Positions 8,183 through 16,857 of a stretch of 32,000 nucleotides of DNA are shown piece by piece. Under the pieces are notes generated by a model, which saw nothing but the letters and a program-made list of their open reading frames with translations, had not been told where the DNA came from and did no database searches. Both the position numbers and the translations under genes were made by a program. This stretch comes from Mycobacterium leprae TN (lineage in GTDB: Bacteria; Actinomycetota; Actinomycetes; Mycobacteriales; Mycobacteriaceae), in the NCBI RefSeq assembly GCF_000195855.1, contig NC_002677.1, positions 3,236,204-3,268,203 on the forward strand. The letters run 5' to 3'. How positions within the stretch are numbered: position 1 is the stretch's first letter; every line of letters begins with the position of its first letter.

Positions 8183-9235
8183 GAAAACTGTCAACGCTAA
8201 CAGCCGCGTGGGAATCGCCGTATGGTGCCTCAAAAGGAGGCGCTAAACGCTAAAGAAATATGGAGGGCAAAAAAGAGAGAAACCGGGTTGTTACGCACAT
8301 TCTCAACCTGGCACTGACCGATCAGCTCCGCGGTGGCGACCGAGTGAACCGCAACGGAGTTACACAAACTGGGGCAAACAACACCCCTATCCAAGGGGCA
8401 CTGGCCCAACTCAAACACCGACGGCCATCGTCACGAAGCTAAGTTCGGCGCGCACCGACACATTGGGACTCGGCGCGTAAGACGTGCTGGACACCGTAAA
8501 CCCTGTCCGACACCCCACCGAACATCTGCATCAATTACCGGCCAACTCAGCAGCTTCGACAACCTGTTACACGCCATCACCGGCAAACTGGTCCTACACA
8601 TACACTTTGTCGGCACCAACGACTTCTCCGGGCTGCTCGCCCAGGTAGCGTTCCGGCGTCGATCAAAGCCACCCAGACGTGACAGCACGCGGTGAACTTT
8701 ACCAACCCCGAGCTAATATTGACTCGTGGTGCCTTCGGCTCAACGTATTACCAAATTCAGCGACTTCGTCGCCGGACAACGTATCGGCGTTGTCCGGAAC
8801 ACCGGCGAGGAGTCATACATCAGCGAGACACTGCTACTGCGACTAGTTAAAGTATTCACGTATAACGAGTGAAGTACTCTCGCTTCGCGACCGTGTACCC
8901 GCGAGTATCAAGAAGCTGATAGGTCGACGGCTGGATAACGTCAGCCACAGAAGCAATGATCATGTTCAATCGGGTGACCCGGCGATGATCGTGGCTAACA
9001 CCTTCAGCCCAGGCGATTTCGTGGCCTATGCAGTGATCAAAGAAAACCACTGCTAGTCGATGCGCTCACTTCCGGTCTGGACGCCGTCATCACCGACGGG
9101 ACTTGGGCGAACCTGTATACTCAGTGGATATCCCGTTCCGTGCCGCCAGGCCGGAAGACCGAGCCTAAGGTTGTCGCGTCGCCGAGGCTGACCGACTTCA
9201 CTGTGATCGCCGCGAATCCCAACGCAAGCAGATGA
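8179..9235 (+). pseudogene. Polar amino-acid ABC transporter substrate-binding lipoprotein pseudogene
   Basis: ATG 8179 overlaps the LLM stop (ATGA) and opens a signal-peptide-like MRKLSTLTAA... sequence. Later fragments typical of family-3 solute-binding proteins are broken by many stops: SIKATQT-stop-QHAVNFTNPE, FVAGQRIGVVRNTGEESY and VDALTSGLDAVITDGTWANLYTQWI. The last frame ends at TGA 9233-9235. Confidence 0.7.
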
Positions 9236-9924
9236 GTCAGGACGCGCCGAAACCTGCTCTGGCGCAATTTCTTAACTCCTGTCTTCGACAGGGGTGTCTC
9301 CCGGCAAGACATTTCTACCTTGCCCACCACCGGGCTGCCCAATACGTTGATCCTGCCCGAAAGCGCCAACATCATCTGGCTGCTCCTTGGCACGACGCTG
9401 GCAGTCGACTGGATTGCCCACTCACGCTGGCTGCGTTGGCTGACGCAAATCTATATTGATGTCTTTCGCGGCCTTCTTGAAGAAGTGATCATCATCAGAC
9501 TGGGCATTGGTCCGCTGGTAAGCAGGCTGACAAATAACAACACCTACCCTTTCGGTATTGCCGCATTAGAGGCCATGGCCGCCGCCCACATCAGCGAAAT
9601 TCTGCGCTCGGATTTAGCTACTCTTTCACGATGCGAGTAGTGATGATACCGTAGAGGATACAACAGGTGCTGCCGGCATTGACCAATCAGTTCATCACGC
9701 TGTTGAAGGCCTCCTCAGAGGTGTACTTTCTGGGCTTGATCGCCCGGCCGCGAGAGCTGTTGCAGGGAGACACGACATCAGGTGCGCAAACCAGAAGCTT
9801 GTCAGCACTGGTAACATCCGATCCCTTCTACCTAATATTGGCTTCGCCGTTAACGCATTTGGTATCACATCGACGCTCGACTCCACCTCAGCCGCGATAC
9901 AGTTCAGCCACAAGAGACCACTGA
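9232..9924 (+). pseudogene. Polar amino-acid ABC transporter permease pseudogene
   Basis: ATG 9232 overlaps the upstream stop (ATGA). The fragments TTGLPNTLILPESANIIWLLLGTTLAVDW...LTQIYIDVFRG, FGIAALEAMAAAHISEILRS and VLPALTNQFITLLKASSEVYFLGL match His/Glu/Gln/Arg-type permease conserved blocks. Stops and frameshifts interrupt them. Confidence 0.7.
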
Positions 9925-9929
9925 CGTGG

Positions 9930-10685
9930 TCGTTTCGACGTTAGGCCAGAAGGCGACAGACACCGCACAATGTCAGTCAGTATCCTTGAAAAACAAGGAT
10001 ACTCGCAACAATTTGTATGGAACCACGGTGCTCTGCAGTGTCGATATCGAGTATCCGACTAACAGCACCGTGGTCACGGTAGGACCAGCTGTGTAAAGCA
10101 AGTCCACGCTGAACCTGTTGTACGAGAACGATAACAGCAACATTCTGCTCGACGGCCGATCGGTGCTGAACTACGATCCCAACTAGCTAGGTCAGCGCAT
10201 TGGCATGCTTTTACAGCATTCAATCTTCTCCTGCGACGCACGGTGCTCGACAGCGTTACCTTAGCGCAGCACAAATTGCTACGGCTATCCGTGGCCGCGA
10301 TACAGAAGCTGGGTACTGACGCAACTGTACCGAGTTAGTTTGAAAAACAAGGCCGATTCCCGACCCGGCACACTGTCGAGAATTCAACAATAACGAGTTG
10401 CGATCGCTCGTGCTCTCGCGATGACCCCGCAGGTGATGTTCTTATACGAAGCGACCTCGGCGCTGGATCCCTAAACAGTCAAGGGAATTATGAAACCTAT
10501 CAGTCACCTCAGTAATGACGGTGTGATGTATTGTAGTGACCCAAGAAATAGGCTTCGCTCGGTCAGCATCAGACACTGTTGTTTTCATATATCACGACAA
10601 AGTCGTGGAATCCAGGAAACCAGAGCAGATATTCGAGACCGCGCAGACTAAGCGCCTACAACGGTCTCTATCCCAAGTACTTTGA
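9930..10685 (+). pseudogene. Polar amino-acid ABC transporter ATPase (GlnQ-like) pseudogene
   Basis: The fragments are VSLKNKDTRNNLYGTTVLCSVDIEYPTNSTVVTVGPAV-stop (the N-terminus and degraded Walker A), LSRIQQ-stop-RVAIARALAMTPQVMFLYEATSALDP-stop (the ABC signature LSGGQQQRVAIARAL and Walker B) and VVESRKPEQIFETAQTKRLQRSLSQVL, ending at TGA 10683-10685. The start is approximate. Confidence 0.8.
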
Positions 10686-10806
10686 CGTCCTGGATTTTAC
10701 GAACGACGACCCGCTGCACCCGGCTCCGCCGCACTTGCGACCGCCACTGCAACTCGCGCACACGAGGTCCCTCAACGCCCGACACATCGCGTTAAACTGC
10801 CGACTT

Positions 10807-11310
10807 ATGGCGGACAGCGAATTCACCGCGCACGAGGTGACGGAGCTGGCGGATGGGTTGCACCGTGCGCTGTCCAAACTGTTTTCGATCCTGCGCCGCA
10901 GAACCCCCAACGGGGCGGTGTCGGGTGAATTGACACTGGCGCAGCTATCCATTTTGGTAACGTTACTCGATCAAGGTCCCATCCGGATGACGGATCTGGC
11001 TGCCCATGAACGGGTGCGTACCCCCACCACCACCGTGGCGATCCGCCGTCTGGAAAAGATCGGGCTGGTGAAGCGTTCGCGTGATCTGTCTGACCTGCGT
11101 GCTGTGCTTGTCGACATCACCCCGCGTGGGCGCACGGTACATGGCGAATCGCTGGCCAACCGGCGTGCCGCCTTGACAACGATGCTCAGTCAGCTCCCCA
11201 CCTCCGATCTGAACATTCTGAAGAATGCGCTAGCACCGCTGCAGCGCCTGGCCTCCGGTGAACCGGTATCCAGCCCTGCCGGCGACTCGCCCGCATGCAA
11301 GCAGGCATGA
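10807..11310 (+). CDS. MarR-family transcriptional regulator (Rv0042c-like)
   Basis: The ORF track gives 10579-11310, but its first ~35 codons are the tail of the decayed ABC ATPase read in another frame. ATG 10807 gives MADSEFTAHEVTELADGLHRALSKLFSILRR... with the MarR winged helix (LTLAQLSILVTLLDQGPIRMTDLAAHERVRTPTTTVAIRRLEKIGLVKR). An alternative TTG start lies at 10735. No clear Shine-Dalgarno is present. Confidence 0.85.
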   Translation: MADSEFTAHEVTELADGLHRALSKLFSILRRRTPNGAVSGELTLAQLSILVTLLDQGPIRMTDLAAHERVRTPTTTVAIRRLEKIGLVKRSRDLSDLRAVLVDITPRGRTVHGESLANRRAALTTMLSQLPTSDLNILKNALAPLQRLASGEPVSSPAGDSPACKQA

Positions 11311-11329
11311 AAGTAGCTAATTCTCATTG

Positions 11330-12064
11330 AAATTGACCATATACGTACCCTTGGAGGCATGCCCTGCTGTCGATGTGTTAGCCCGCCACGAGCACACGTC
11401 ATAAGATCACGCCTTGGACGGCTCTAAACCCCATCTCGCGGTTGATCCCGGAGCATGGAGTGCAGGTTACTTCCTTGGGCTAGAAGGTTGCCGTATGTGC
11501 CGCCGACGGCCGGATCATCGATGCACTGTTCACTAACACGATACTGCTGCACCCGGCGGCATGCCTGCTTGCTGGCTGAGGGCCGGTCAACAAGCCGCCG
11601 ACACCGATACCAGCGGCAGAAATGGTGCAAGGGATAACATCAGGTGCGAATAGTTATACCGTGCACGGGGACGTGCCTGTTCAGGTGCGGCCACATTGAC
11701 CACGCCGACACCTCAAGGCCATGACATGCACACTAAAACGCCCCTACCCCGCGGCGCTAACAACTATCCTCACACTCACGCCTGCATCGATATCGCCTTC
11801 AGCACAGCCCAGGTGCCCAGCCCCTGGCATCATCAACATGTAGACCAAGCAGCATCCACCACCGACATGCTTACGTGCGCCGCGCTAATCGTGTCCACTG
11901 CGGCAAAGCACACGAAGCCTCATCGAAAGCAGGCAGTCAGCCACCCACCAACAAAAACCCCGCAACACAGCAAAACACGTCAACAACCTGCAGTTCAAGG
12001 GAAGCACTGTGCCGTCACCACGGTCCGCACAATACCCCACAGCTATTCCAATACCCCGAAGGGG
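11330..12064 (-). repeat. RLEP, the M. leprae-specific dispersed repeat (conventional orientation on the minus strand; ends approximate)
   Basis: It contains the RLEP PCR targets as I remember them. LP1 TGCATGTCATGGCCTTGAGG is the reverse complement of 11711-11730. LP2 CACCGATACCAGCGGCAGAA is at 11602-11621, which gives a 129-bp product. The nested LP3/LP4 pair spans 11617-11715, which gives 99 bp. The TaqMan probe TCGATGATCCGGCCGTCGGCG is the reverse complement of 11501-11521, flanked by its primers at about 11479-11547. Both product sizes match the published assays. The region has no credible CDS. Confidence 0.85.
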
Positions 12065-13525
12065 TTACAGGAGCCCCTGCGATTGCCGGGTTTTCCACCA
12101 GGCCAGCAGTTCCGCAGTGGCCTCCTCGTTGGTCAGTGGTCCGCGGTCTAGCCGTAGTTCCTTCAGAAAACGCCACGCTTCGCCGACTTGCGGCCCTGCC
12201 GGGATGTCCAACAGAGCCATGATCTGGTTACCGTCCAGATCGGGACGCACCCGGGCCAGATCCTCCTCTGCGGCCAACTCTGCTATCCGGGCTTCCAGTC
12301 GATCATAGCTGTCCTGCAGTCGGGCGGCCCGGCGCTGGTTGCGGGTCGTGCAGTCAGCGCGCACCAGTTTGTGCAGCCGCGACAACAGTGGGCCGGCATC
12401 GGTGACGTAGCGGCGCACCGCCGAATCAGTCCATTTCCCTTCACCATAGCCATGGAACCGTAGATGCAGATACACCAGTTGCGAAACATCGTCAACTAGT
12501 TGTTTGGCGTACTTCAACGCGCGCATTCGTTTTCGGACCATCTTGGCGCCCACCACCTCGTGGTGGTGAAAACTCACGCCGCCGTTCAGCTCATGGCGCC
12601 GCGTGGCGGGCTTGCCTATGTCATGCAGCAACGCCGCCCACCGCAACACCAAGTCCGGGCCGTTATCTTCTAGCGCGATCGCCTGGCGCAACACGGTCAG
12701 CGAATGTTGGTAAACGTCCTTATGTTGATGATGTTCATCGATGGCCATCCGCATGTCCCCGATTTCGGGCAACACCACCTCCCCCATCCCGGTCTGCACC
12801 AGCAGGTCGATACCGGCCGCCGGGTCGTTACCAAGCAGCAGCTTGTCCAGCTCGGTGGACACTCGCTCTGCACTGATGCGGGCCAACTGCGAGGCCATCT
12901 CTTCGATCGCCGCGTGCACCTGCGGGGCGACGGTAAAGCCGAGTTGGGAGACGAATCGTGCGGCGCGCAGCATCCGCAATGGGTCGTCGCCGAACGACAC
13001 CGATGGGGCAGCAGGGGTCTCCAGCACTCGGACCCGCAACGCTGCCAAACCGCCTAGCGGATCAAAAAATTCGCCAGGCCCATAAGATGCAATGCGCACC
13101 GCCATCGCGTTCACGGTGAAGTCGCGGCGCACCAAATCGTCGTCGAGGCGGTCACTGAACCGAACCTCTGGATTGCGCGACACCTGGTCGTAACGGTCAG
13201 CGCGAAACGTGGTGATCTCCAGACGGTAGTCACCCTTGCCGACCCCAATGGTGCCGAACTCAATACCCGTCTCCCACAAGTTGTCGGCCCACCGCCGCAT
13301 AATTTGTTGCACTTGCTCAGGACCGGCATCAGTGGCGAAATCAAGGTCAGGTGAATCTAATCTACCTAGTAGCGCATCCCGGACCGAACCACCCACCAGA
13401 TATAACTCGTGGCCTGAAGCAGCGAATACCGAGCCGAGGTCACGCAACACTGGGGTGTGCCGGTTAAGGGTGACCGCAGCTACAGTCAGTAGATCAGTAT
13501 CCTGAGCGGCTTCAGGCACGTTCAA
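12065..13525 (-). CDS. pcnA: CCA-adding tRNA nucleotidyltransferase / poly(A) polymerase with HD domain
   Basis: 486-aa ORF. It has the nucleotidyltransferase motif LYLVGGSVRDALLG...DLDF and the HD motif (LLHDIGKP, HHHEVVGA). It is colinear with PcnA (Rv3907c) as recalled. Confidence 0.95.
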   Translation of the reverse strand: MNVPEAAQDTDLLTVAAVTLNRHTPVLRDLGSVFAASGHELYLVGGSVRDALLGRLDSPDLDFATDAGPEQVQQIMRRWADNLWETGIEFGTIGVGKGDYRLEITTFRADRYDQVSRNPEVRFSDRLDDDLVRRDFTVNAMAVRIASYGPGEFFDPLGGLAALRVRVLETPAAPSVSFGDDPLRMLRAARFVSQLGFTVAPQVHAAIEEMASQLARISAERVSTELDKLLLGNDPAAGIDLLVQTGMGEVVLPEIGDMRMAIDEHHQHKDVYQHSLTVLRQAIALEDNGPDLVLRWAALLHDIGKPATRRHELNGGVSFHHHEVVGAKMVRKRMRALKYAKQLVDDVSQLVYLHLRFHGYGEGKWTDSAVRRYVTDAGPLLSRLHKLVRADCTTRNQRRAARLQDSYDRLEARIAELAAEEDLARVRPDLDGNQIMALLDIPAGPQVGEAWRFLKELRLDRGPLTNEEATAELLAWWKTRQSQGLL

Positions 13526-13711
13526 CAGCCTAGTCGGGCGGGTAATACGGGTCGGAATGACCCGTTGCGGAACCCGGCAATTTCAAGCCTGCATCAACAG
13601 GCGAGCACGAGGTGCAACGGTGATCCAATCGATCCACTAAGTGACCCAGCCATGAACCTACTGTAACGCTGCGTACCTGACTAGCGGCGCGCATGTCCTG
13701 AAGACCGGCTC

Positions 13712-14467
13712 GTGCCAGCTATTATCGCTTGGGTGTCGGATGGCGAACAAGCCAAACCACGTCGGCGCCGAAAGCGACGGCGCGGTCGTGACGCCACGCG
13801 TTCAGCTGAGAACCACACAGACCGACAAGTGGCCAACGACGCAACCGCGACAAAACCGCGCCGCAGCCATTCACCACATCGCGCACCCGAACAGCTGCGC
13901 ACGGTGCACGAAACGTCCGCAGGAGGTCTAGTCATCTACGGTATCGACGGCCCACGTGACGCCCAGGTTGCCGCTCTGATTGGTCGTATCGATCGACGAG
14001 GACGAATGCTTTGGTCGCTGCCCAAAGGGCATATCGAGCAAGGGGAGACCGCGGAGCAGACCGCTATCCGTGAGGTCGCCGAAGAGACAGGAATCCGCGG
14101 TAGCGTGCTCGCCGCGCTGGGGCAAATCGACTACTGGTTCGTCACCGACGACTGTCGGGTGCATAAGACAGTACACCACTATTTGATGCGCTTTTCTGGT
14201 GGTGAATTGTCCGACGACGACCTCGAGGTGACCGAAGTTGCTTGGGTGCCGATACGAGAACTGCCGTCCCGCCTGGCCTACGCTGACGAACGCCGCCTGG
14301 CCGAGGTTGCCTACGAACTGATCAACAAGCTGCAAACCGGTGGTCCAGCCGCGCTTCCACCGCTGCCACCCAGCTTGCCTCGGCGACAGTCGCAAACGCA
14401 TTTCCGCACGCGTCATTCCAACAATTCCGCAAACAGTCGGAAGAATGGTCACGGACAGGGGCCGTGA
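13712..14467 (+). CDS. mutT4: NUDIX hydrolase MutT4 with an Arg-rich N-terminal tail
   Basis: 251-aa ORF. The Nudix box is [23 protein letters not shown]. The basic tail is [12 protein letters not shown]. An alternative GTG start at 13733 (VSDGEQAK...) matches the Rv3908 N-terminus as recalled. The stop overlaps the next gene's GTG (GTGA). Confidence 0.92.
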   Translation: MPAIIAWVSDGEQAKPRRRRKRRRGRDATRSAENHTDRQVANDATATKPRRSHSPHRAPEQLRTVHETSAGGLVIYGIDGPRDAQVAALIGRIDRRGRMLWSLPKGHIEQGETAEQTAIREVAEETGIRGSVLAALGQIDYWFVTDDCRVHKTVHHYLMRFSGGELSDDDLEVTEVAWVPIRELPSRLAYADERRLAEVAYELINKLQTGGPAALPPLPPSLPRRQSQTHFRTRHSNNSANSRKNGHGQGP

Positions 14468-16857
14468 CTGCATCGAGACTCCGGTTGGCCGGCTCGCTGA
14501 GCATTGCCTTAGTGGTCGACATCGTGGCTAGTTTTGCGGTGCTGCTCGTCGCACCTACCGCCACGCCGCACGCAGCAGCAGACGAGCCTCGTGCAACGTC
14601 GTTTGTCCGTGTCCGCATCGACAAGGTGACTCCGGACGTCGTCACCACCTCGAGCGAACCTGTCGTAACCGTTAGCGGCGTAGTCACCAATATCGGCGAT
14701 CGCCCAGTTCGCGACTTGATGGTCCGGCTGGAACACGAATCGGCCGTTATCTCGTCTGCAGTGTTGCGTACCTACCTGGATGACGGCGCCGACCAGTTCC
14801 AGACTGCCGCGGACTTCGTGACAGTGGCCGAGGAATTGCAGCGTGGACAAGAGGCTGGCTTTACCCTCGTTGCCCCCATCCGCTCGACGACCAAACCGTC
14901 GATGGCCATCGACCAACCCGGGATCTACCCGGTCCTGGTCAACGTTAACGGAACACCCGACTACGGCACACCGGCCCGACTCGACAACGCGCGGTTTCTG
15001 TTGCCCGTCGCCGGCGTGCCCCCCGCCAAATCCGATGCGATGGACTCGGCCGTCGCACCGGACATTACGAAACCCGTGTGGATCACCATGCTGTGGCCAT
15101 TGGCCGACCGGCCTCGGTTGTCGCCTGGCGCACCCGGTGGAACCATTCCAGTTCGGCTAGTCGACGACGACTTGGCGAGCTCACTGGCCCCCGGAGGCCG
15201 GCTGGATATTCTTTTGACCGCGGCCGAGACCGCCACCGGCCGCGACGTCGACCCCGACGGTGCGGTCAGCCGGGCACTGTGCCTGGCTGTCGACCCAGAT
15301 CTGCTCGTCACCGTCAACGCGATGACCGGAGGCTATATCGTGTCCAACTCGCCCGACGGTCCAGCACAACAACCGGGTACTCCGACACACCCGGGAACCG
15401 GTCAGGACGCCGCTGTCATCTGGCTGAACCGGCTCCGTGCGCTCGCGCACCGGATGTGCGTGGCGTCGCTACCCTACGCGCAAGCCGACCTTGATGCCTT
15501 GCAGCGCATTAACGATACAGAGCTCAGCACGACCGCCACCACCAGCGTAGGGGACATCGTCGACCACATTTTGGATGTCACCTCCATCCGGGGCGTCACC
15601 ATGCTGCCCGACAGCCCATTGACCAACCGCGTGGTCGACCTGCTGAACGACAACAACAGCACGGTCGCTATCGCGGCTGCTGCTTTTTCAGCCCAAGACT
15701 CTACCAGCGGGTCCCTCGTCGATATCGACACCGAGCCTCGGCGGTTGTCCCCACGAGTGGTGGTCGCACCATTCGACCCGGCTGTCGGTGCCGCGCTAGC
15801 CGCTGCGGGGACCGACCCCATCGTTCCGACCTATCTGGATTCCTCGCTAAACATCCGGATCGTCCACGATTCTGACACCGCGCGCCGTCAAGATGCCCTG
15901 AGCTCCATACTGTGGCGCGCCTTAGAGCGAGACGCCGCACCACGCAGCCAGATACTGGTGCCACCAACGTCGTGGCACCTGCAGGCCGACGACGCCCGAG
16001 TCATGCTGACCACGCTGAGCACCGTGATCCGGTCCGGTCTGGCGGTGGCGCGACCGCTGCCAACGGTAATCGCCGACGCCTTGGCTCGCACCAAACTATC
16101 CGATACGGTGGGCTCCTACACGTCGGCACGTGGCCGGTTCAACGACGACATCATCGCCGACATCGCCAGCCAAGTTGGCCGACTGTGGGGACTGACCTCG
16201 GCGTTAACCGCCGACGGCCGCACGGGGCTGACCGGCGTCCAATACACCGCACCACTCCGCGAGGACATGCTGCGGGCTTTGAGCCAACTGGAGCCGCCCG
16301 CTACTCGCAACGGATTGGCTCAGCAACGGCTGGCTGTCGTCAGCAAAACGATCAAAGACCTTATTGGGGCGGTAACAATCGTCAACCCGGGCGGCTCCTA
16401 CACCCTGGCCACCGAACACAGTCCGCTCCCACTGGCACTACATAACGGCCTTGCTGTTCCCATCCGAGTCCGGCTACAGGTCGATGCGCCACCCGGGATG
16501 ACTGTTACTGACGTCAGTCAGATCGAGCTGCCGCCCGGATACCTGCCGTTGCGGGTACCGATCGAAGTCAACTTCACTCAACGAGTCGCTGTCGACGTCG
16601 CGCTACAAACCCCGGAAGGCATACAGCTAGGCGAGCCAGTGCGTTTGTTGGTACACTCCAACGCCTACGGCAAGGTGCTGTTCGAGATCACTCTGACCGC
16701 GGCCACGATATTGATCGTATTGGCTGGAAGACGACTTTGGCACCGCTTCCGAATCCAGACCGAGGGCGCCGACTCGAATCGACCCGACCCGCTCATTGTA
16801 GACGCCCACCCGCAGCACCAGTACGACGACTGGGTCGATGAAGAGAACCGGATATGA
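14464..16857 (+). CDS. Conserved exported/membrane-anchored protein of unknown function (Rv3909-like)
   Basis: 797-aa ORF. It has an N-terminal signal or anchor ([28 protein letters not shown]), about 740 aa of Pro/Asp/Ala-rich sequence, and a C-terminal TM helix ([22 protein letters not shown]). Both ends overlap their neighbours by 4 nt. Confidence 0.9.
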   Translation: MTASRLRLAGSLSIALVVDIVASFAVLLVAPTATPHAAADEPRATSFVRVRIDKVTPDVVTTSSEPVVTVSGVVTNIGDRPVRDLMVRLEHESAVISSAVLRTYLDDGADQFQTAADFVTVAEELQRGQEAGFTLVAPIRSTTKPSMAIDQPGIYPVLVNVNGTPDYGTPARLDNARFLLPVAGVPPAKSDAMDSAVAPDITKPVWITMLWPLADRPRLSPGAPGGTIPVRLVDDDLASSLAPGGRLDILLTAAETATGRDVDPDGAVSRALCLAVDPDLLVTVNAMTGGYIVSNSPDGPAQQPGTPTHPGTGQDAAVIWLNRLRALAHRMCVASLPYAQADLDALQRINDTELSTTATTSVGDIVDHILDVTSIRGVTMLPDSPLTNRVVDLLNDNNSTVAIAAAAFSAQDSTSGSLVDIDTEPRRLSPRVVVAPFDPAVGAALAAAGTDPIVPTYLDSSLNIRIVHDSDTARRQDALSSILWRALERDAAPRSQILVPPTSWHLQADDARVMLTTLSTVIRSGLAVARPLPTVIADALARTKLSDTVGSYTSARGRFNDDIIADIASQVGRLWGLTSALTADGRTGLTGVQYTAPLREDMLRALSQLEPPATRNGLAQQRLAVVSKTIKDLIGAVTIVNPGGSYTLATEHSPLPLALHNGLAVPIRVRLQVDAPPGMTVTDVSQIELPPGYLPLRVPIEVNFTQRVAVDVALQTPEGIQLGEPVRLLVHSNAYGKVLFEITLTAATILIVLAGRRLWHRFRIQTEGADSNRPDPLIVDAHPQHQYDDWVDEENRI

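Noticed and set aside
9986-10352. 13-bp exact repeat TTGAAAAACAAGG at 9986-9998 and 10340-10352, the first within an 8-bp-stem hairpin (9981-10001)
   Set aside because: Both copies fall in the decayed ABC ATPase and both encode SLKNK in that gene's reading frame. This is most simply coincidental or convergent coding sequence, and nothing suggests a repeat element.
11696-12151. 151-aa + strand ORF inside the RLEP region, a possible RLEP-encoded protein
   Set aside because: The translation is low-complexity and rich in His, Thr, Pro and Gln. The + strand is strongly C/A-rich and G-poor here; for example, 11941-12000 has 7 G in 60 nt. No Shine-Dalgarno is present, and the ORF runs into the 3' end of pcnA on the other strand. 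RLEP is not known to encode a protein.
13928-14473. 181-aa minus-strand ORF antisense to mutT4
   Set aside because: It lies entirely within a well-supported Nudix gene on the opposite strand. It has no motifs and is the kind of open antisense frame expected by chance in GC-rich DNA. The same reasoning applies to 1179-1688 (+), 15912-16445 (+), 18628-19089 (-), 19670-20140 (-), 22916-23419 (-) and 26714-27217 (+).
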